From assembly GCA_964565045.1 (NCBI GenBank), contig CAZMED010000002.1, positions 1-57,986 on the forward strand: a stretch of DNA of 57,986 bases. The letters run 5' to 3'. Shown piece by piece: positions 37,945 to 45,001 of the stretch (positions are counted from its first letter, which is position 1; each line of letters begins with the position of its first letter). The position numbers and the translations under genes were made by a program. Under the pieces are notes generated by a model, which was not told where the DNA came from, did no database searches, and worked only from the letters and a program-made list of their open reading frames with translations. The stretch is from an uncultured Thermoanaerobaculia bacterium. GTDB lineage: Bacteria; Acidobacteriota; Thermoanaerobaculia; Thermoanaerobaculales; Sulfomarinibacteraceae.

Positions 37945-39216
37945 TCAGGTCGGCCGCGGGTACACGGCCCGGGACGCCATCACGCCGACCCTCGCGCCGG
38001 GCCGCAGCGAGCGCCACTCCTCGGCGACCGCCTCCGGGTCCGGGGCGGGATCGAAGCCGAGCCGGCGCGCGAGGCCCTCCTCGAGGCCGGAGCAGAGACG
38101 GACGCGGAAGCGTTCGGTCTTCTCGACCAGGCGCAGGGTGGTGTGCCCGTACTGGACCCAGCCTTCGGCGAGCCGTCCGAGGATCGCCTCCGGCCGAGGG
38201 TCGTCGAGGAATGGCGCCATCGCCGCCGAGCCCGCTCCGCGGTCGAGGGCGGCGACGTACAGCAGCTCGCCGCCCGGAGCCAGAAAGGAGCACGCGGCGT
38301 CGAGCGCCTTGTGGGCCTGGATCAGCGTGGCATCCGAAGGCCATCCTCCCGCGCTCGCGACCATGAGCTCGAGGGGCTCCCCCACCGCCACCTCGAAGCC
38401 CTCCCGCACCCGCGCGACGGCCGCATCGAAGGCCTGCCGCCACGGGCCGGCGAAAGCTCCGGCGACGCCGCCGTCGCGTCCCGGCACGAGACAGATCGCC
38501 ATAGACGGCGGACGGAGCTCGGCGGCCCCCGCGATCTCCTCCGCCACCGGGTTGCCCTCGAGGCGGCCCGGTCCGCACCCCGGGTGGCGCCGCCGCGAGC
38601 TGCCGCCGGCCGACTCCAGCACCAGGGCGTGGTTGGCCTGAATCTCGGCGTGCCCTGCGACACCGGGGAAGACCATCTTCGGACCGCCGCCGAAACCCGC
38701 GAAGTAGTGGTGGCTCACGGTGCCGACCGTGATCAGCAGGTCGCAGGCGACCGCGCTGCGGTGGAGGCGCAACTTCAGCCCCGGGCGCAGCTCCCCCACC
38801 GCTCGTAGCGAGGCGTCGTCGCGGCTGTCGTGCTCGATGAGCGTCACGCCCTCCGGCAGGGGCCCGACGACCTCGCCGAGGCGCTCCGGTCCGACTCCTG
38901 GATGGGTGCCGCAGGCGACGAGCACGGTGGTTCGCTGCGCCTCGACGCCGCCCTCGCGCAGGCGCGCGATGATCGGCGGCAACACCTGCGGCAGCGCGGC
39001 GCTCCGCGTCGCATCGGGCACCACGATCGTCGCGCTGCCGGATCCGCGAGCGAGCTGTGAGAGCGCCGGTCCGGCGAGCGGTCGATCGACGGCCTCCGTC
39101 ACCAGAGGCGCGGGATTGCCCGCGGCTGGAGGTGCCGAAGGGGTGAGGGGCCGCACCTTCAGACCCCGCAGGTCGACGGCCAGATGGCCGTCCGCGTACG
39201 GGAGTTTGACAATCAC
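37945..39216 (-). CDS. LarA-like (nickel-pincer-dependent lactate racemase family, DUF2088) protein
   Basis: 423 aa. The N-terminal ..IVVPDATRSAALPQVLP..VLVACGTHPG and later HHYFAGFGGGPK motifs are typical of the LarA family. Confidence 0.8.
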   Translation of the reverse strand: MIVKLPYADGHLAVDLRGLKVRPLTPSAPPAAGNPAPLVTEAVDRPLAGPALSQLARGSGSATIVVPDATRSAALPQVLPPIIARLREGGVEAQRTTVLVACGTHPGVGPERLGEVVGPLPEGVTLIEHDSRDDASLRAVGELRPGLKLRLHRSAVACDLLITVGTVSHHYFAGFGGGPKMVFPGVAGHAEIQANHALVLESAGGSSRRRHPGCGPGRLEGNPVAEEIAGAAELRPPSMAICLVPGRDGGVAGAFAGPWRQAFDAAVARVREGFEVAVGEPLELMVASAGGWPSDATLIQAHKALDAACSFLAPGGELLYVAALDRGAGSAAMAPFLDDPRPEAILGRLAEGWVQYGHTTLRLVEKTERFRVRLCSGLEEGLARRLGFDPAPDPEAVAEEWRSLRPGARVGVMASRAVYPRPT

Positions 39217-39241
39217 CGCGGCACCATATCATTGTGGCCTG

Positions 39242-39826
39242 GTGGTGGAGACGGCCGGGGGGCCCTTCTTCGAGCCGATCGGAAGCGAGGCGCGGAGCTT
39301 CCTGTTGCGCCTGGCGCGCGCGACCATCGCCGCCAGGCTCGGCGGTCGGGCGCTGCCGGCGGCAGCGCCCGAAGATCCGGTGCTCCTCGAGCCGCGCGGG
39401 GCCTTCGTCACGCTCACCTCGAGCGGCCGCCTGCGGGGCTGCATCGGGCACGTCGTCGGCGTGTCGCCGCTGTGGATGTCGGTTCGCGACAACGCCCTCG
39501 CCGCGGCGTTCGGCGACCCCCGCTTCCCGCCGCTGGCCGGGCACGAGCTGGCGGCGGTGCAAATCGAGATCTCGGCGCTGACACCGCTCGTCCGGTGCGC
39601 GCCCGAGGAAATCACCGTCGGCCGCGACGGGGTCCTGATCGAGCGCGGCACCGCCCGCGGGTTGCTGCTGCCCCAGGTCGCCGTCGAGCACGCATGGGAC
39701 CGCGAGACCTTCCTCGATCACACGTGCCGCAAGGCGGGCCTCGCGGCGAACTCCTGGCACGAGCCGGACACGGTCCTCTTCAGGTTCGCGGCGGAGGTGT
39801 TCGGGGAGCGCGCGGTCAGTCCGTGA
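39242..39826 (+). CDS. AMMECR1-domain protein
   Basis: GAFVTLTSSGRLRGCIGH.. and ..DPRFPPL..EISALTP.. are AMMECR1 hallmarks. There is no ATG, so a GTG start at 39242/39245 is proposed, only ~25 nt from the divergent LarA-like start. Confidence 0.8.
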   Translation: MVETAGGPFFEPIGSEARSFLLRLARATIAARLGGRALPAAAPEDPVLLEPRGAFVTLTSSGRLRGCIGHVVGVSPLWMSVRDNALAAAFGDPRFPPLAGHELAAVQIEISALTPLVRCAPEEITVGRDGVLIERGTARGLLLPQVAVEHAWDRETFLDHTCRKAGLAANSWHEPDTVLFRFAAEVFGERAVSP

Positions 39827-41768
39827 TCCCCAGCACCTGCCTCTGGTACTGCTCCAGTGACGGGAACGACTGCGGCGGGCGGCCGCGCACGGCCTCCCAG
39901 CTCGGCATGGGAATCGCCACGGAGGTCTCGAGCACGCGGGTCACGAAGGTCCAGAAGGACATCATGCGGTCTTCGCCGCCGACCATGGCCCGCGGATCGA
40001 AGCTGTCGCTGAAAATGCGCGTCGCGGGGAGCGTGCCGCTGCACTGCCCAGGCGGCTCGATCAGCAGATCGACAAGCGCGACAGGCTTACGGCCCTGGCG
40101 GACGAGCAGAGCGGCCGCCACCGCCTGCACGGAGCGCAGGTCGATGGACTGGAAGTGGCCGCTGCAGTCGACGGTCAGCTCATGTCCCTTCAAGGCAAAG
40201 GGGACCGCGGTCGTCACCTCGATGCCCGCCATCGTGTCGGCTCCCGGCGGCAGTGCCGGTCTGGCGCGTTCGCCGGTGTCGGGTGCGGCGGACGGCGTGG
40301 GGCGGCGTTTCTCGATGCCCCACAGGGCCACCTCGAGCTCCGGTCGGGCGTCGCCAGGGACCTCCGGGTTGGCCAGCGCCGCCCGCACCATCGCCTCGGC
40401 GCTCGGCGCCTCGATGGCGAGGCCGAGCCTGGCCATCCGCAGCAGGACGGCGCCGGGCGTCGAGTCATCGGTGCGCCGCAGGGCCAGCTCGAGGGTCTCG
40501 ACCGCGGACATGACCCTCTGCGCATCGTCGAGGATCTCCGCGATGCGCACCGCGAGCAGCGGATCGACCTCGGCCTCGGGGTCGTGGATCAGCAACTCCT
40601 CCCAGTGCGAAATCACGAAGTGCCGATCCCCCGTGCGCACCGCCCCGGAGATGGCGCGCAGGATCGGCTCCACCCCACGGTGCGCCTGGCCTCGGGTGAC
40701 AGCGAGATTCCACAGCGCCATCGCGGCGTCGACGTTGTCCGGATCGGCGGCGATCTCGCGCTCGAGCGCGGCCAGTGCCCAGTCGAGGTCGCCCGCCCGG
40801 GCGCGGGCGAGCGCCGTCTCGACGGCGACGTTGTCGAGCATCGTGACCTTGGACTCGATGGCGGGGTGCAGGTAGCGTTCCTCGATCCGGAAGTGCACCA
40901 CCGCCCATGCGAACACGACTCCGAAGGCGAAGCCCCAGACGTGCGCCCAGAACGCGACCCCTCCCGCAGCTCCCTCCGGGAGGCCGGCATCCATGAACTG
41001 CGCCGAGGCCAGCTGGATCGCGAACCACATCGGGAACAGCACCCAGGCCGGCGCCTGGAGGGGCCCGATCGGGACCGCGATCCAGAGCACGAAACGGATG
41101 CGGCTGCGCAGGTAGCGGACCAGAAAGGCCCCCATGACGCCGGCCACGGCCCCCGAGGCGCCGACCAGCGGCAGCTCGAGCTCCGGGTACCGGACCGCGA
41201 ACATGAGACCGGCGACGGCGCCGGCGGCGAGGTAGAAGCCCGCGAACAGCGGACGTCCCCACACATCCTCGACGAACGGCGCGACGACGAACAGCATCAG
41301 CATGTTGAAGAGCAGGTGCAGCCACCCCGAGTGCAGGAACGGATAGGTGAAGAGGTTCGCCGCTCTCAGGTCCGCCGGGACCAATCCGAGGCGGCTCAGC
41401 ATCGACCGCTCCAGGCTCTGATGGTAACCGTCGACCATGGTGTCGAACCGCCGCTGCTCGCGGTCGAGAACGTCCGGATCTTCAGGCGGCTGAGGCCCCA
41501 CCTGCCGCATGTAGTCGGTGAAGGCCTGCGCCTCCTCGACGCCGAAATCGCTGGCGAAGATCCGCTGGAAACGCGGGTCGATCTCGAGGTAGGGGTGCTG
41601 GGTGAAGTAGCCGAGCGCCTGGTGCAGCCGGAAGAAGCTCTCCATCTGGATGCGGTGCTCGCCCGGCGCCATCAACACGAACACGACGACGCAGATGGCC
41701 ATGATCGCGAAGGTCACCCACGGCAGCCGCCGCACGGTCGTCTGCTCGTGCCCGAGAGGAATGATCAT
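39816..41768 (-). CDS. rhomboid-family intramembrane serine protease with long C-terminal TPR-like and unknown extension
   Basis: Rhomboid core (FLHSGWLHLLFNMLMLF, GASGAVAGVMGAF), then TPR-like helices (ALARARAGDLDWALAALEREIAADPDN) and ~200 aa of unknown sequence. Its 3' end overlaps the AMMECR1 3' end by 11 nt. Confidence 0.8.
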   Translation of the reverse strand: MIIPLGHEQTTVRRLPWVTFAIMAICVVVFVLMAPGEHRIQMESFFRLHQALGYFTQHPYLEIDPRFQRIFASDFGVEEAQAFTDYMRQVGPQPPEDPDVLDREQRRFDTMVDGYHQSLERSMLSRLGLVPADLRAANLFTYPFLHSGWLHLLFNMLMLFVVAPFVEDVWGRPLFAGFYLAAGAVAGLMFAVRYPELELPLVGASGAVAGVMGAFLVRYLRSRIRFVLWIAVPIGPLQAPAWVLFPMWFAIQLASAQFMDAGLPEGAAGGVAFWAHVWGFAFGVVFAWAVVHFRIEERYLHPAIESKVTMLDNVAVETALARARAGDLDWALAALEREIAADPDNVDAAMALWNLAVTRGQAHRGVEPILRAISGAVRTGDRHFVISHWEELLIHDPEAEVDPLLAVRIAEILDDAQRVMSAVETLELALRRTDDSTPGAVLLRMARLGLAIEAPSAEAMVRAALANPEVPGDARPELEVALWGIEKRRPTPSAAPDTGERARPALPPGADTMAGIEVTTAVPFALKGHELTVDCSGHFQSIDLRSVQAVAAALLVRQGRKPVALVDLLIEPPGQCSGTLPATRIFSDSFDPRAMVGGEDRMMSFWTFVTRVLETSVAIPMPSWEAVRGRPPQSFPSLEQYQRQVLGITD

Positions 41769-41807
41769 CGGCTCACCGGATTCCCTCCGCAGTTATTATA
41801 GCTTTCG

Positions 41808-42548
41808 ATGCCAGTGGCGGCCGTGATCCTCGTCGAGCCCTCGCAGGCCGGAAACCTCGGCGCCGTGATGCGGGTCGCCGCGAACTTCGGCATCTCCCGA
41901 CTCGAGCTGGTGCGGCCGGCGGTCGATCCCGCCGACGAGGAGGTCCGGAGCTGGGCCTGCGGCGGCGATCGGCGGCTCGAGTGCCGCAGCTGGGGCAGCC
42001 TCGCCGAGGCCGCGGCCTCCTACCGCACCCTCGCCGCAGCGGCCTCCGGACGCGGACGCCTGCGGCTGCCGGCGCTGGCGCCGCGGCAGGCGGTCGCGCT
42101 GCTCGCCGATCGCGGCCTCGAAAGCGCGGCGCTGGTGTTCGGCAACGAGACCCGCGGGCTCTGCCGCGAGGACATCGACCGCTGCGACCTGGTCATCACC
42201 ATCCCGACCGAGCCGGACTTTCCCGTCCTCAACCTCGCTCAGGCGGTCGCGATCCTGGCCGCCGAGGTTCACGCCGTCGAACCCGACCGTCAGCAGAGCG
42301 CGCACGAGCCGGCGCCGCTGAAGATGGTCGACGGGCTCATGGCCCACCTTCAAAGCAGCCTGCTGCGCATCGGGTTTCTCGATCCCGCGAACCCGCAGCG
42401 CATCCTGCGCAAGCTGCGGCGCCTGCTCGGACGCGCCGGCGTCACCGCGGGAGAGGTCAGGATCCTGCGCGGCATCTGCCGCCAGATGGAGTGGGCCGCC
42501 GGCGCCAACCCGGATCCGATCGAGAGACACGGGGCCGACCCCGACTGA
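41808..42548 (+). CDS. trmJ: SPOUT-class tRNA 2'-O-methyltransferase (TrmJ-like)
   Basis: VILVEPSQAGNLGAVMRVAANFGISRLELV and FGNETRGL..IPT...LNLAQAV are SpoU/TrmJ motifs. Confidence 0.75.
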   Translation: MPVAAVILVEPSQAGNLGAVMRVAANFGISRLELVRPAVDPADEEVRSWACGGDRRLECRSWGSLAEAAASYRTLAAAASGRGRLRLPALAPRQAVALLADRGLESAALVFGNETRGLCREDIDRCDLVITIPTEPDFPVLNLAQAVAILAAEVHAVEPDRQQSAHEPAPLKMVDGLMAHLQSSLLRIGFLDPANPQRILRKLRRLLGRAGVTAGEVRILRGICRQMEWAAGANPDPIERHGADPD

Positions 42549-42611
42549 CGCCGCTCGGGCCGGACTCAAACGGGGCGCGGGCGCGCCGTCTGCCCCACGT
42601 TCTTCGCGACG

Positions 42612-43865
42612 CTATCTCGCACCGATCTCGCGCCGCAGACGCTCGGTCAGCTCGATCAGGACCGGGTCGGTCGGATGGCGGTCGAGCGCGCGCGAGACCG
42701 CGATCGCGGCTTCCGCGTAGCGACCCTGCCGAATCTGCAATGCCACGAGCCGCGCCGCCGCAGCGGGGGACTCCGGGTTGACCTCGACCGCCCTCTCGAG
42801 GGCCAGCAGCGCATCCGCCGGCCGCCCGGCCTGCTCGGCGACGCGCGCGATCCGTGTCAACAGACCGACATCCGTCGGCGACATCCCCCACGCCCGACGC
42901 AGGTGCCCGAGGGCGGCCTCGAAATCCCCGCGGCTCTCGGCAAGCGCGGCGAGAGTCATCCAGGGGTGGGGCGATTCGGGCTCGAGCGCGAGCGCCCGGT
43001 CGGCGGCGGCGAGTGCCCCCGAGCGGTCGCCGTCGAGCTCTCGCACCAGCGCAAGCATCGCCCACGCGCGCGATCGCTGGCTCCGCGGGCACGCCCGGTC
43101 GCCGATCACGGCGTCGAGCCGAATCGCCGCATCGGTCCTGTCGCCGTCGTCGATGGCCCACCGCGCCATCTCGAGCTGCACCTCCGGATGCTCTGCGTGA
43201 GCGGCCAGAAGGCCCTCCGCCGTCGCGGTCTCGCCCGCCGAGCGGAGTGCGCGCGCAAGCGCAAGGGCATTGTCGACCCGGCGCCGCGGGTAGTACCGGT
43301 CCCGGAGCTCGAGCGCCCGCAGGCGGACCCGCGCCTCCTCCTCCGCGACCAGCTGCACCGGGGGGCTGCGGAGACCTGGCGCGATCGCTTCAGCGACCGC
43401 CAGAGACTCGAGAGCGGCCGCGACCTCGCCCTGCATCAGCAGCACCGCGGCCGCCAGGCGCTGGAGGCGCGCCGACGTCGGGCTCCTGGCGAGAGCTGCT
43501 TCGAGGTGGATTCCGGCCTCGTTCACCCGCCCGCGGAGGAGCTCGGCGCGCGCGAGGTCCGTGAAACCTGCCGGATGCGCAGGCAGCCAGGCCCGCTGCA
43601 GGCCGCCGAAGCGTTCCAGCAGATCCGCGAGAAGCGGCCGCGGCACCGACTCGAGGGCGGCGGCCGGCAGTCGCCGGGCCCGCACGACCATCGGCGGCCA
43701 AGCCGCGAGCCCCGACCTGCAGAGGCGACCGGCGGCAGCGTTCGGGTTGACGCGGGCCAGCCCCTGCAGCTGCTGCCACCACCACCAACCCGCAACCTCG
43801 GCCGCCATCACCGCAACCGCCGCCGAGGCCAGGAGGATCCGCACTCGGTCGCCCCACCGGGTCAC
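42612..43865 (-). CDS. TPR-repeat protein with N-terminal membrane anchor
   Basis: N-terminal hydrophobic segment (ILLASAAVAVMAAEVAGWWWW), then repeated TPR-like A..AL.L.P motifs through to the C-terminus. Confidence 0.65.
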   Translation of the reverse strand: MTRWGDRVRILLASAAVAVMAAEVAGWWWWQQLQGLARVNPNAAAGRLCRSGLAAWPPMVVRARRLPAAALESVPRPLLADLLERFGGLQRAWLPAHPAGFTDLARAELLRGRVNEAGIHLEAALARSPTSARLQRLAAAVLLMQGEVAAALESLAVAEAIAPGLRSPPVQLVAEEEARVRLRALELRDRYYPRRRVDNALALARALRSAGETATAEGLLAAHAEHPEVQLEMARWAIDDGDRTDAAIRLDAVIGDRACPRSQRSRAWAMLALVRELDGDRSGALAAADRALALEPESPHPWMTLAALAESRGDFEAALGHLRRAWGMSPTDVGLLTRIARVAEQAGRPADALLALERAVEVNPESPAAAARLVALQIRQGRYAEAAIAVSRALDRHPTDPVLIELTERLRREIGAR

Positions 43866-44773
43866 GGGTCGATCACTCCGCCATCCTCGTCGACGAACCG
43901 CAAGGCCGAGCGAAGCTCGCGGCCGTTCAGCCGAATTGCCTCCTCCGCGACCGCGCGGGCGAGCTCGAGCACGTCGGCCGCCCGCGCGGACCTGGAGGTG
44001 CAGACCCGGTTGACGTGCTCCGCCGAAAGCTGGGCGCCGCCCACCGCCATCCCCCGGCGTCCCATGTCGGCGACCAGCTCCTCGGCCCGACTTCCCGGCT
44101 CAACGAGGACGAAGGGCCAGGCCGAGCGGGGCTCTCGGATCGAAGCCGGCCGCGGGATCTCGTCCGTTCCTCCGGGCGCCTCCGGCGCCGGGACACCGGA
44201 AAGCTGCAGCCGCGCCCGCACGACCACGCCCCGGTTGAGGTCGAACCCCGATTCGCGAGGCCGGGCACCGCCGAAGCGGATCCGCTCGACCGGCCGCCCG
44301 GGCCGCGCGACATCCATCCACCTGATGAGGCCGTTGCAGGGGTGGCTTCCTCGCAACGAGGCCTCGACGGCCCCTCCGATCGTCCCCGGAGCGGCGACCG
44401 AGGTGCCCAGCGACGGCAGCCCGGTTCGTGCCGCGGCGCGACACACCTGTGCCAGGTTGGCACCGCCACCGGCCACCGCGCCCTCGAGGTCGAGCTCCCA
44501 GAGACCCACGGTTCCGCTGAGGTTCAGGAGTGGGACCCGCAGGCCCCGGTCGGGAGGGACCAGCCGGCTGCCGGAGCCGAGAACCAGCCAAGGCTGGCCA
44601 TGGGTCGCGAGCACGTCGAGGGCGCGCTGAAGCCCGTCAGCACTGCGACATCGGATCAGGAGGTCGGCCGGACCTCCGACCCCGAGGGCGGTCCACGCGC
44701 GGAGGTCGACCCGCTCGTGAACCTCCGGATCGCCGCCCTGCTGCTGGCTCCGGAGATCGGATTTGAGGGTCAC
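43862..44773 (-). CDS. murB: UDP-N-acetylenolpyruvoylglucosamine reductase
   Basis: FAD-binding PCMH region (LGVGGPADLL..LVLGSGSRLV) and the C-terminal GGAQLSAEHVN.. motif. Confidence 0.85.
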   Translation of the reverse strand: MTLKSDLRSQQQGGDPEVHERVDLRAWTALGVGGPADLLIRCRSADGLQRALDVLATHGQPWLVLGSGSRLVPPDRGLRVPLLNLSGTVGLWELDLEGAVAGGGANLAQVCRAAARTGLPSLGTSVAAPGTIGGAVEASLRGSHPCNGLIRWMDVARPGRPVERIRFGGARPRESGFDLNRGVVVRARLQLSGVPAPEAPGGTDEIPRPASIREPRSAWPFVLVEPGSRAEELVADMGRRGMAVGGAQLSAEHVNRVCTSRSARAADVLELARAVAEEAIRLNGRELRSALRFVDEDGGVIDP

Positions 44774-44813
44774 GCGGCTCTTCCGCCCGATTTCACGCTA
44801 CTCCCTGGAATAC

Positions 44814-44829
44814 TGGCACGCGCCTTGCT
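44814..44829 (+). promoter_or_regulatory. sigma54 (-24/-12) promoter
   Basis: TGGCAC-GCGCC-TTGCT: GG at 44815-16 and GC at 44827-28 with exact 10-nt spacing. This is a full match to the TGGCAC-N5-TTGC core. Confidence 0.6.
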
Positions 44830-44839
44830 TATTGTTCGG

Positions 44840-44919
44840 GTGCCGGGCACACGACGATCCGGTACACGACATCATACCTCCTCCTTCCTCCTGCGGGCTT
44901 TCGAGCCCGCCCTTTTTTT
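44840..44919 (+). ncRNA. candidate sigma54-dependent small RNA (~80 nt)
   Basis: Bounded by the sigma54 promoter and a + strand-only intrinsic terminator, with no + strand CDS. It has a 5' hairpin (44840-46 / 44859-65) and an unpaired CCUCCUCCUUCCUCCU tract (44877-92). Confidence 0.5.
44893..44919 (+). terminator. rho-independent terminator (7-bp GC stem, UUCG tetraloop, U7 tail)
   Basis: GCGGGCT-TTCG-AGCCCGC (44893-44910) followed by CC + TTTTTTT (44913-44919). On the minus strand no U-tract follows the stem. Confidence 0.75.
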
Positions 44920-45001
44920 GGGGGGTCCCGCGCGGGGCGTCGTCGACGGACCCGGGGGCTCTCGCGCGCTCGACGTCGGCGACCGCTTCGATGCCTCCGC
45001 C

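Noticed and set aside
41775-41807. TATTAT/TATAGC -10-like hexamers just upstream of trmJ as a confident promoter call
   Set aside because: They lie only ~10-15 nt from the ATG with no clear -35 element. A leaderless or short-leader transcript is possible, but the evidence is too thin to list as a feature.
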